Shown here piece by piece: positions 53,195 to 64,000 of a stretch of DNA of 64,000 bases. How positions within the stretch are numbered: position 1 is the first letter of the stretch; each line of letters starts with the position of its first letter. The notes beneath the pieces are model-generated. The model had not been told where the DNA came from, did not search any database, and saw only the letters and a program-made list of their open reading frames with translations. Position numbers and translations under genes: made by a program. Origin of the DNA: Schizochytrium sp. TIO01 (Eukaryota > Protista > Bigyra: Labyrinthulomycetes). Location: contig SMSO01000014.1 of the NCBI GenBank assembly GCA_004764695.1, forward strand, positions 5,032,845-5,096,844, in the 5' to 3' direction.

Positions 53195-54142
53195 ATGAGG
53201 CCACAGGCGAATGAGAAGGTTGCTTTAGTGACCTTGCTTACAGATGATTCCTTCCTCCCTGGCGTGACCGCGCTCTGTAACTCACTGCGGAACGTGCACG
53301 GTGGTGATCTGTTGAGTCAGACAGCAAAATCTACTACTACTACTTCTCCTTCTCCTTCTCCTTCTCCTTCCTCGTCTTTGTTAACATCACTGGTTGCATC
53401 TTCGCTGTCGTCGTCACCACAGGGGAAACAGTCGTCCTCCGAAGCGTATTTTGAGGTAGAGTCAGTCCTTGAGCAGAAGGTCCCAGCAGTGGAGATTTGT
53501 GTTGCAGTAACCCCTGAGATTTCACGAACTACAAAATATGTGCTGCGGCGGAGATTAAATGTACATATCATCGAGTTAGAAGGCCTTGAAAACCCGTTCA
53601 AGGCACATGTGGAGGGGTGGAATCGGGCTGGGTTCTCAAAGCTCGAGCTTTGGAGGCAGACTCAGTTTGACCGTATTGTGTATATTGATGCCGACTGCCT
53701 TGTGGTAGGATCTATAGAGAAGCTGCTTCACGTAGACCTTGGGGATTATGGATTTGCAGCTGCTCCAGATCTCATTCCACCAGATCGCTTCAACGCTGGC
53801 GTTCTTGTTTTGCGCCCCGATGTTGCAACTTTCGATCGAATGAAGAAAGGAATCGAGGAGAACGTTTATACGAGTTATGATGGTGGAGATACAGGATTTC
53901 TAAACGCGTTCTTCGCTGACTGGTATCGCTGGCCGGAGTCAAATCGCTTGGAGTTCAAATTCAATGCGCAGCGACTTGCGTGGAGCATGACTCGCGCTGT
54001 ACCTTCGTACTGGGAAACAATCAAGCCTAGCATAATTCATTATTCTTCGAGTCCTAAACCCTGGGAAACAACAGCGAATAAGAGTGGTGTATTGGAGTCC
54101 ATGTGGTGGAAACAATTTATGCAAGCAGACAATCACGCTTGA
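53195..54142 (+). CDS. Glycogenin-like glycosyltransferase family 8 protein
   Basis: Motifs ALVTLLTDDSFLPGV, FSKLELWRQTQFDRIVYIDAD (DxD), FNAGVLVLRP, SYDGGDTGFLNAFF and IHYSSSPKPW. First ATG is at 53195. Confidence 0.92.
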   Translation: MRPQANEKVALVTLLTDDSFLPGVTALCNSLRNVHGGDLLSQTAKSTTTTSPSPSPSPSSSLLTSLVASSLSSSPQGKQSSSEAYFEVESVLEQKVPAVEICVAVTPEISRTTKYVLRRRLNVHIIELEGLENPFKAHVEGWNRAGFSKLELWRQTQFDRIVYIDADCLVVGSIEKLLHVDLGDYGFAAAPDLIPPDRFNAGVLVLRPDVATFDRMKKGIEENVYTSYDGGDTGFLNAFFADWYRWPESNRLEFKFNAQRLAWSMTRAVPSYWETIKPSIIHYSSSPKPWETTANKSGVLESMWWKQFMQADNHA

Positions 54143-54990
54143 TGATGCGTTGTTTGTTGCCAAACACAATTACCTTAACAACATTATGTATTAAAAAAAA
54201 TATAGAACATCAAATTTTATTATGTGAAGGGAAAGGAAATGAGAATGAGACGCTTTGAGCGCCAAAATCTTGCAGAGCGGCAACAATTGTCATAGTGGAA
54301 TGATGTTGAGTCCCACGTATGTACTTAATAAGAATGAAAAACATATTAGGTTTACATCCGAAATAAAATGGAGGCGTTGCTCACAACTAGCAATAGTATG
54401 TTGTCTTCCTTTACTCAATTCTCATGAGAAATTAGAGAAATGTTTGGTGATGCTAAAATAAGAAAAGATGAAAAGAACAACCACCTATTTATCCTGAACG
54501 GCTCCGGAGAGGAAAGTTATTGTGTAGATAGATACCTAGAAAGGTAAGATGCCAAGTTTGGTTAGTTTGTTTACTTTAATGCATGGATCAGCAGGCAGGC
54601 ATTTCACGGGCTGGATCTGAAGATTACTGAGCCGATGTCAAGTGAGTGAAGAGCTTAAATTGAATGAAAAAAAAAAAAAGAGGAAAGAAAAAGCAGTGAA
54701 AACTTCTCACTTCGTATGATTCCTTGGTACTTGACAATTTATGGGACATAGAGTCGAGTTGCAATAGAAAAAATAGTAATCTCCGTGCCAAGGTAAGGAT
54801 CTTGCTCCAAGTAACCACTTCTCTTTTCTTAGAAAGGGTCATCTCAGGGCGTTGTAAAAGAGAACACCAGAACAAAGCAGCCCACATTTAAAAAAGAAGA
54901 AGAAGGGAATGACGCGTGAGCTCGGAGACTTTGTATCAAATGTAGTAGTTTGCTTAACAGCAGTGCGGCCACATTACTTCCAGAAGGGAT

Positions 54991-55662
54991 TCACTGCTGT
55001 TGTTGGTGGTTGTTTGGCGGTTGCTGTTGCTGTTGGGGATGATGAAACATGCCGGCATATGGAGGAGCCATGTACATGCCGGGGTTCGCAAACCCTGTGT
55101 CCATGGTACCGTGGGGGACGAATCCTTGCGGTGCAGGCCCCTGGGGCTGTGCCATGTGCATCTGCCCTGGGGCGCTAACGTATGAATATGGATGTGGAGC
55201 TGGCATATAATGCTGTCCTTGTGGAGTCACAAAGTACGCACCTTGTGGGTGTTGGACAAAATGAGCCATGCCACTTTGGGGGTCATGATGTTGCTGCATG
55301 TTTGGTTGCTGTTGCTGCATGTGTTGCTGTTGTTGCTGTTGCTGCTGCATTTGCTGTTGTTGTTGTTGTTGCTGTTGTTGTTGTTGTTGTTGCTGGTGCT
55401 GCAATTGTTGTTGCATAGAGCTTTGCATTTGTTGCTGCATCTGCTGGTGATTGTGATTTTGAGGCTGCATCTGGTGTTGCTGGTGGTGATTGTGGTTCTG
55501 GTTCTGAGGCTGCATTTGTTGTTGCTGCTGGTGGTTGTGATTTGGAGGTTGCTGTTGTTGTTGTTGCATTTGTTGTTGTTGTTGTTGTTGTTGTTGTTGC
55601 TGCTGCTGCTGCTGCTGTTGCATTTGTTGTTGTTGTTGTTGTTGTTGCTGCTGCTGATCCAT

Positions 55663-55697
<35 letters not shown>

Positions 55698-55746
55698 GCT
55701 GCTGCTGCTGATCCATTTGTTGTTGTTGTTGTTGTTGCTGTTGTTG

Positions 55747-55777
<31 letters not shown>

Positions 55778-57522
55778 TCCTGCTGTTGTTGTTGCTGTGG
55801 TGGTTGTTGCTGTTGGTGGTGGGGAGGGTGCATGCCACCCTGTCCATCAATCATTTGAGGCTGGCCCTGATGCATGTAGTGATCGGGGTATTGTCCAAAA
55901 TAAACAACTTGACCTGGCATTAGCATTGGAATACCATGCTGTTGTGTAGAAGCACCCTGATGGGCGGACTGCTGGTAAGGTGCAAAGGCCAACCCTTCGG
56001 CCTGCTGCTGAGTCGCAAAAGTCTGTTGTGGAGGCGGTTGCTGTGGCTGGGGAAAGGCTATTCCCGGTCCAGCGGAGGGCGCCGTCTGAATCCCAGCATC
56101 TTGCATGCGAGCAATGATTTTCTTGTGTGTGGTACAAAAGCCTGCTTTAATCCTGGAGAAATTGTTGCAACCTGGGAAACTACATCTGAAGCCGCCTCCA
56201 TGGCGGGCACAGTGGTTAAAGGCCCCCACAGCCCCCTTTGTGCATCCAGGTTCCTGGCAGCGTCGTCCTCCACCATGTGCTACGCAATATTTTGTAGCAG
56301 ATATTGCGCTCTTGGAACATCCAGGGTGTTCACAGCGAGGCCCTCCGCCGTGAGCACGACATCGTTTTGTTGTTGTGATAGCGCCTTTCGCGCAGCCTGG
56401 ATATTCACACCGTTTGCCACCACCGTGACGTACACAATGGTTGCTGGAGGAAACGGCACCCTTGTCACATCCAGGATACTGACACGGTTTGCGGCGACGG
56501 TGGCGAGCGCACTGAGTTATGCCGGGCTCGGCAATGAGATTGCAGCGTGGCTGGGAACAAACTCTGACTGAAGGTGCGCCGTAGACTACATTTGGCACGA
56601 GGACCCCAAAAGGATGTTGTTGCATGGGTGCGCCAGGAGCCACAAATGGGTGCATTCCGGAGGCATCGACTGGAGAAGGGGATGCTGAAGAAGAGGTCGC
56701 TGATGACCCCGAGGTGTTAGATGGGCCAAAAGCGGCCACACCTGAGGTTGTGTTGGAAGCAGAAGAGGCACGGTTGCCTCGAGCACCACTGCTGTTGCTC
56801 GTGCTTGCACTCTTACGATTATTGGAGGATGAACTGCCGCCGGAGGAGTTATTATTGGATGAAGAAGATGATGATGCAGATACGGCGGGAGGTTCACCTT
56901 GTTGATGGACGTAGTATGAAGAGGAAGAGGAGGAACCTTTGTTGTGGTTGTTGTTGTTGCTGCTACTGCTGCTGCTACTGCCGTTATTTGTAATGTATTG
57001 GCTGTTTCCACGGTTCGGTTTTGAGGAGCCACTGTTGGTCCCGAGACTTGGTTTCTGTGTGTTCGCAGTAGAGTGTGACGAGATCATTCCCTGATCCTCG
57101 CCGTCTTGATCTAGCGGTGCAGCATAGGGTTGGGCAGAGTTGTTTGAGCTCGAGCCCGAGTTTGATCTGGATTTGTTATGTGCGCTGTCTGAGGTACTCT
57201 GGCTAATGGAGCTTGGCGACGCGCTTGCATCGTGTTGATGGTCAGAACTCGAGTCCGCGTCGGAACCCGGGCGGTGCACCTTGGGTGGTGGTTTCTGTGA
57301 GCTCCCTGAGCTGTCGCGGCTGTCTGAAGAGAGAGTAAAGTTCAGTTCATCACTGCTGTTATCTTCGTCGTTGAGTGAGTTTGAGGTTGTGTCGCTATTT
57401 CGAGCTCGGGTTTGTTTCGACTTTGGCCTCGAGCGCCGCGTCCTTTTTTCTCGCGTTGACATCTTGCACTTGCCTCTCTTTTTGTTCTGTTTGGGTGAGT
57501 GATGTCCTTTATCCACATTCAC
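54991..57522 (-). CDS. Putative transcription factor with tandem C-x4-C...C-x2-H-GGG zinc-finger repeats (WRKY19-like type) and a long polyglutamine tail
   Basis: Six Cys/His units at about 56124-56560, for example CEYPGCAKGAITTTKRCRAHGGG; basic NLS-like N-terminus; Ser/Asn-rich region; polyQ at about 55300-55810. Confidence 0.85.
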
Positions 57523-58490
57523 ACCGTTATCGACGTGCTCTTTTCGACAGCTCTTCAGGCTATGACCACGCTAGGCGTGTTCCCAAAGTAGTTTCTTTCT
57601 CCGTTCTTGCCAGTCCACGAGAGAAGAGCAGAAACGGAGTGGAGGAGGAAAATAAAAATATAATATCTGCTGCTGTTGCTGTTGTCGTTGTGTTGCTCCG
57701 CCTCCCTTTGTGTATCAAATGCCCGTATTGTATTCTTCGTTGGCTTTTTGCAAAAATGTTTCTGCCGTTCTCGTCGAGGTGAGCTGGTACGAGATTAGTT
57801 GTTTACTTGGTGCAACGTAAATACGGAGAAGTTTTAGGTCCAAAGAAGGAGACGCCACGCCACGCTAAGCACCAGCTTTCTGATCCTTTTGCTGTTCTTC
57901 TTTTGTTGCTATGTTGGCTTTCTTCGCTTAGGTTTTCTTCTTCTTGGAGCGTGAATACCGACGAGAAGAGGCCTTCAAGAGCCTCGGTGCGTTCTTTGTT
58001 GGTTATTTGCTGGACTGGTGCCTTTTAGTTTTGGTTTAGTTTGTACTTGCGCCGCCGAGCTCGCAAGTACTTGTGCTGGCCGTGAAGACAATCCAGTCCA
58101 GCAGAGGCAGCTGTGCGCGGCCCGCTGAGCCCAGACGGCAGCGCAAGCGACGCGGGCGAGCAAGCAAGCAAGCAGGTGAGCAAGGGGACTCAAGCTACGA
58201 GCGTAATGGCCTGCTAGCTAGCTTGCGACCAGGGGTAACTTCGAGCGCCAAGTAGAAAGCGAGCGAGCGAGTAGCTTGGCTATTTCAACTAGCGCCGTGG
58301 CGCCTCGTCCTCTCCTGGAAACCCAGAGACAAGAAGAGAATCCAATCGCACCCAGCGCCTAGGTCGGCAGGCCCATACACGTGAGCAGCCGCCCAGCGGG
58401 CTGGCGAGCGAGAGAACTTCCTCGGCCGCGCCGCTTCTGCGTCTGCCGAGCGGCCGCCTGCTCGAGCGCTCTGTCCTTATGAGCGCGCAG

Positions 58491-58521
<31 letters not shown>

Positions 58522-58544
58522 TGGAGCAGAAGAGAAACAGTCGC

Positions 58545-58620
58545 ACAAACAAACAAACAAACAAACAAACAAACAAACAAACAAACAAACAAACAAACAA
58601 ACAAACAAACAAACAAACAA
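58545..58620. repeat. (AAAC)n microsatellite
   Basis: Seen directly in the sequence. Confidence 0.95.
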
Positions 58621-61389
58621 TGATAAAGAAGTGATTGAGCGAAAGAAACAGTGTGAAAGAGAGGGGGAAATATCATTAAACAGGGAAGGGGTATGTATGT
58701 ATTCCAAACCAATGTAGAAGAAGAAAGGAAAAGGAAGAAAGAAAGCAAAAAGGACGAAAATAGTAATAATAGAATACTTTAAACTATTTAAATAATACTA
58801 AAGTATCATGATAACAAACATAAGAATACAAAAGACGCTTTCGATGAAAAACCAACAATTAATGTGTTGGTCCAATTAGTTGAATCGTTATAAAAAGAAA
58901 AGAAAGAGAAATAAGGATAAAAAGAAAAATCTATCTATTTATTTATATTCTAACACAGAGTACGAAACCACCATTCTTTTAAAATTTAACAAAGGCAATT
59001 GAGCGTTTAAATATAAACTGTGGTTAAAAAGAAAAGAAAAGAAAAGAAAAGATTCTTAAAACTTAAAACTTTTAAATTTTAACAAAACGTTTTTTTTTTA
59101 AATTTTAAAATTACAGAAGAAAAGAAAAGAGAATAATGAAAAAGTAATAAGATTTAAATGTGAGAGAGCATGAAAGAGAAAAACTGGTCATGATGGCAAA
59201 ATTTAAGCCTCAACGATGAGTTTCTAAAGAGGAGTAGACGGCCTCAGCTCGTCACAAGGGCTGTCCTCGCGAAAAGAGAAAAAGCCGCCTGCCACAAAAA
59301 GTCTCCCCAGTTTCTACAGACTTCTACCGGTTTATCCCCTCTGCATTTGGCCAGTTAGTCCCTACTTAGTTCTCTCAAATTGTCTCCACCTACTCTATCT
59401 GCTGTTGACTCTCTATCCATCTCTAAGCCATTCTTAGTCACATCTTTCCCTGTTTGCGCCAATGTCTCAATAATTTCTCCCTCCAGCCGCTTTTTGCCAA
59501 AGTTTAATTCGTGCGAGAGATCATTCCCCTTTCGTCGTTTGTCGCTTCGCCGGAAATCAGAGAAATCTTACCCACGAGTGAAGAATCATTCTCAGATCCA
59601 CGATCAGAACAGCGATGCAGCCAATTCCAATTTGGCCTCGTTAGGCTTACGCGAGCTTCTTTCTAAGGTAGTCGTTTTGTTCTTCTTTTTTGGTCGATCG
59701 ATGCTTTGCATTCTGTCGTCTCCACAAATACAGACTACACATATTATATATATCTGTATATCTATATATATATATGATTTAATGCCTTCACCACTGGTTT
59801 CTTTCATGTCTCGAATTCGCTGTTGCCAAGTTCAACTCCTGCGAGGCTCTTTGGTATCCTAGCTGGTTCTCGCAGCGCTTTCGTTGCAAGAAGCCGCTGC
59901 TTTGTGGGCGGTCGCTGGCGAAACGAGAAGCGGGGGCTGCATGAGTATTCGCAGCCTCTTTGGATTTCATTTGGCTCTTCGATAGACCGATTTTCTTCTT
60001 CGATTAGCAACTAAATTCTTTTTAGACAGAAGAGAGAAAAAAAGGCAAGCATATTGATAAGATATGAGCGTGAATGAGCAAATCTCAAGCTAGAGTCAGC
60101 AGCTTTTGGAGAAGCGCGTGGACTATGAAAATGAAGCCGCGGCACTTCTTCGCTACTTTCGTTCATGGGATGCCTTCTTCTACTTCTCTGCTTCTTCTAC
60201 CTCGTTTTCATCTCTTTAAACCATCTCTGATGCTGCTACTCTTGAGTACACGATTAAAATCGAGAAGTATTGGAGCAGAAGAACATAAAAATAAAAATAA
60301 TATATATATATTAAAAAAGGGTAGATAAAAAAAAGTATAAAGCGAGGCCGCACAAAGAAAAAACAAATTTTAAAAGAAGAAGAAGAAGAGGAAGAGGAAG
60401 AAAGCAGCGAAAGAGAGAAACATAATTTCTTTCCTGTCCTTTCCTTCGAAGGTAAGGCAATATTTTGCTTCGCATCTTATGCATCTCTTTTGCACTAATG
60501 GGAGCTCTTTTGTTTTATTTCTGCGCATTTCCCTTCCCTTGCTTTGGCATAATAATCCCGATATATTAAACAGTTCAAGAAGGAAAGAAAAGCAAGAAAA
60601 AAGAGAAGGGGAAACGAAAGGAAGAAAAAAGAAGAAAGAAACAGAAAGAAAGCGCAGTTACTAGGAGCAGCTAGTAGTCAGATAATAAACTTACTGTGGG
60701 GCGCCTAGCCCTCTCTTTTTCCTCTCCGCAAGAAAGCCCCGAGAGGGCCAGGGAAAAGGCAAAGAGACACCGAGAGGGCTGTGGTGAGGGGCTGTGAGGG
60801 GAATTTCGGAAGCTTTACATCCCACTGCGGGGTACCCTGCAGAGGCGTTGTGAGGGGCCTGCAACGTCCTACCGCACTGCTATCTATTGCATAGGAGGCC
60901 CCGCCTCTGAGACCAGGAGGAAAAAAAAAAAAGAAACGGGACAGGCGGCCTGCGGCCAGTGTAGAGGCCTAATTTGGGAATTTCGAGCGCAGAGGGAAAA
61001 GAGAGGCCCCAGCGAATTGCTAAAGGTCTCTAGGCCCCGCTTGCTTTGGCTTTGCAGCTGCTAGCTTCTTCTGGGTCCCGCTCCTTTCGCTTTTTCCTTT
61101 CGCGTTTCGTCCCTCAAAGGGCTCTTCTTCTTCCCTTCGCATACACACACACCCACCTCTCCACGCCTCGCCCTGGCTACCCATTTCCTAGGAGTGGTTA
61201 GTCTTGGCACTACGCAATCGTTCGTTGATAAACCAATCAAAATCAGACCAGGTTAGGTGAGATGAGGCAAGATGAGTGAGATGGAAACAAATCAAATCAA
61301 GTCAGAATAGGGCAGAGCAGAGCAGATTGTTTCAGTATTGTGGTTGTCGCATTGATTCGAAATCAGCTACAAAACTTAGCTACTTACTG

Positions 61390-61434
<45 letters not shown>

Positions 61435-62010
61435 GCAAGCAAGCAAGCAAGCAAGCAAGCAGGCAAGCAAACAAATAGGCAGCAACGTTCTGTGTTCTTC
61501 GTTGTGTGTTCTGCGTTTTCAATTTCGCGCTGTGTGGTGTTTTTGTTTCTAACCTTTCTTTCTTTCTTCCTTTCATTGCTTTCATTGCTTTCCTTTCCTT
61601 TCCTTTCTTTCACTGCTTTCCTTTCCTTTCTTTCATTGCTTTCCTTTCCTTCCCTTTCCTTTCTTTCATTGCTTTGCTTTGCTTTCCTTTCATTGCTTTG
61701 CTTTCCTTTCCTTTGCTTTCCTTTCCTTTCTTTCATTGCTTTGCTTTGCTTTGCTTTCCTTTCCTTTCCTTTACTTAGTCAGTCTGCTTTTTCTCTCTCA
61801 ACGATTTCGGTTTTTTGTCACAAACAGTGAAAAAATGAATTAAGGATTTAATGAATGAATTAATGAATGAATGAATGAATGGAGATGAATGAATGAATGA
61901 ATGAATGAATGAAAATGAATGATGAAATGACTGACTGTCTGACTGAATTGATGAACTAATGAGTGAATTAATGAATCAGTGAATGAATAAAGGGTCAATG
62001 AATGGATGAG
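61390..62010. repeat. Compound simple repeats: (GCAA)n, a pyrimidine-rich (TTTCC/TTTCA/TTGCT)n mosaic, and (GAAT)n
   Basis: Seen directly in the sequence. Confidence 0.92.
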
Positions 62011-62383
62011 TGAACGATCGAAGCAGAGAATACCAGGAGAACAATTCTGTTTGCGCCGCCGTGCTCCTCGGAACGCAAGTCGAGGCCGCCGGAGCGGGCT
62101 GCGATTAATCATGCCAGATCTTGGCCCAACGCTCCTCCGTCACGAGTCACTAAGCAAGCGCACCGCGTTCGGGTCTTCTTTGGCGGTCCTCCCCGCCAGG
62201 CTCTTGCCTGCTTCAAACGCGGCTGAGTCTGCCTTCGACCAACAGCCTTCACATCGTAGGTGGTGCCTAGGCACTGCTATGCATAACAGAATAGAACATA
62301 ACAGACCAGAGAAGAACATAGCAGAACAGAACAGAAGAGAAGAGGGCACTAAAGGCGGGTGGGTTATTATAAATATATATTAA

Positions 62384-62418
<35 letters not shown>

Positions 62419-62885
62419 ATTAATTAATTAGGTGTTGTGGCAGGCATAGAAAGGACGAGATCAGGTCAGAGATAGGCGCGTTATAAAAGGTCAAGTGCGA
62501 AGCTAGCTTGGCATTATTGCGCTGTTCTCTTCATTGCGCTGCGCTGCTGTTGGAGAGGAAGTGGGTGCTCTGCCGGTGTGGAGAAAGCAAGCTGGCGACT
62601 TTGAAGATATTAAATTATTCGGGTCCTTCGGTAGGTAGCACTCCCTCACTGGCACTGCAGATGGGGTTTGTGACGAAGAACAAGGTCAAGTGAAGTGCCG
62701 GTGAAAGCTCTTCGGGGTAGTAGATGGGGCAGGCCGGCTGGTTGCCCCTTTCGGGCTGCTGCTGTGTCAACGGGAAGCGACAGAGGTGCTGCTGCGCTCT
62801 AAGTAGGCGAGACTGCCATTCTGAAGGCAGGCACAGCATTTCTCTTGTGCAACTTAAATCGCTCATCTCATTCCGCTTACGCACC

Positions 62886-62919
62886 ATTCATTCATTCATT
62901 CATTCATCCATGGATTGAC

Positions 62920-62956
<37 letters not shown>

Positions 62957-63025
62957 CATCCATGAATTGATTCATTGATTGATTGATTCATTCAATCATC
63001 CATTGATTGTTTGTTTGTTTGTTCA
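62886..63025. repeat. (TTCA)n/(GATT)n/(TTTG)n compound microsatellite
   Basis: Seen directly in the sequence. Confidence 0.9.
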
Positions 63026-63347
63026 TTTATGCCATCGGTCGCCACTCACTCTAAAGCGCAGCAGCCATGCTCGAAAGAATCGAAACAAAGAAACCCTGCC
63101 TGGGGATCGATTCATTATTCCTGCTGCTTCCCTCCCTCCCTCCCTCCACCACCAAGCAAGCAAGCAAGCAAGCAGCCACGAGTCCATCCACAGGCTCGCA
63201 CGGAGAAATCGCGAGCCTTTGTTGCGAGTCCTGTTGGTTGCTTCTTGCAGGCAGGGCTCCTCTATCGAGCTCTTCTTCGCCCCTCTCTCTTGGGTTTCCT
63301 TTCTCATTTCCCCAGACATAACGAGCCCATTACTCTTTACTAAAAGC

Positions 63348-63400
63348 CCTCTCTTATTCCCTCTCATATTCCCTCTCATATTCCCTCTCATATTCCCCTC
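63348..63400. repeat. 12-bp minisatellite (ccctctcatatt) x~4
   Basis: Seen directly in the sequence. Confidence 0.85.
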
Positions 63401-63958
63401 ATTCGCTAACTGCAAGCTAGTGCTAGCAATACCTAGCTGGGTAGGCTAGCTAGCTAGCTAGCGCGGTCTTCCGCCTAATAAGCAGCGAGCGCCTCAGTCT
63501 CTCAGTCTCTCTCTCTGCGTCTGTGTGTCTGTGTGTCTGTCTGTGCGTCTGTGTTAGTCTGCGCTGCCCAAAGGCAGGCAGAAGCGGAGCGTGTCTGGGC
63601 GTCTGTGCCGCTCGCTTGAGCAGCTGGAGCTTCCTTCACTTTCTTTGAATGTTGCTTCCCTGTTGGTGGCCTACAGCACCTGCAGCACTTGATCCGATTT
63701 TAGGAGTCGTAGGGGTCTTTTCCCTGTACTTGGCCGCCTCTCATGCTTTCTGCTCCTTTGATCCCTCCCTTTTCGAGGCAGGCCGGCTGGCTCTGGGCTC
63801 TGGCGTCTCGCGCGTCTCGTGCGTCTCTTGCCTCTGCAGGCGGCGTCTCTCCTCGCGCGAAGAGCGCGAGCCCATCGCGGCTTTGCTCAGGCCATTCCAA
63901 GCAGCGGAACGAATACATGAATAAATGGATGACCGAATGAGTGAATGAATGAATGCAC

Positions 63959-63959
63959 A

Positions 63960-63999
<40 letters not shown>

Positions 64000-64000
64000 A
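63959..64000. repeat. (AAAG)n microsatellite running off the window end
   Basis: Seen directly in the sequence. Confidence 0.95.

Noticed and set aside
55192-55949. Poly-Leu and poly-Val ORFs
   Set aside because: Antisense translations of the polyQ tract.
61276-61830. Hydrophobic 184-aa ORF
   Set aside because: Translation of simple repeats.

Overview
Eukaryotic, intron-poor genomic DNA. The gene content, long single-exon ORFs and microsatellite-rich intergenic DNA suggest a stramenopile, most likely a thraustochytrid/labyrinthulomycete; this is an inference, not a database result. About 15 protein genes are supported: GCN5 acetyltransferase, SHMT, a GT47/exostosin glycosyltransferase, a FYVE-EHD fusion, a TVP38/TMEM64 protein, a TPR-IQ-LRR protein, a PhyH-like 2OG-Fe(II) dioxygenase, two divergent RNI-like LRR proteins, an SCP2-type thiolase, a p24/GOLD protein, RPB1, a small hypothetical protein, a glycogenin-like GT8 and a Cys/His-repeat polyQ protein. 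Most notable observations: (1) RPB1 has a CTD core of nine tandem 9-residue repeats instead of heptads and appears to lack most clamp zinc ligands. (2) A GC-rich noncoding island at about 9.2-9.95 kb is packed with palindromes, hairpins and helically phased motifs, making it a candidate structured RNA or element end. (3) There is a roughly 260-bp foldback/MITE-like element. (4) Mirror-image microsatellites lie at the centre of a divergent promoter region. (5) Single-base homopolymer frameshifts occur in two or three genes and are probably assembly errors. I recognised no tRNA, rRNA or CRISPR array.
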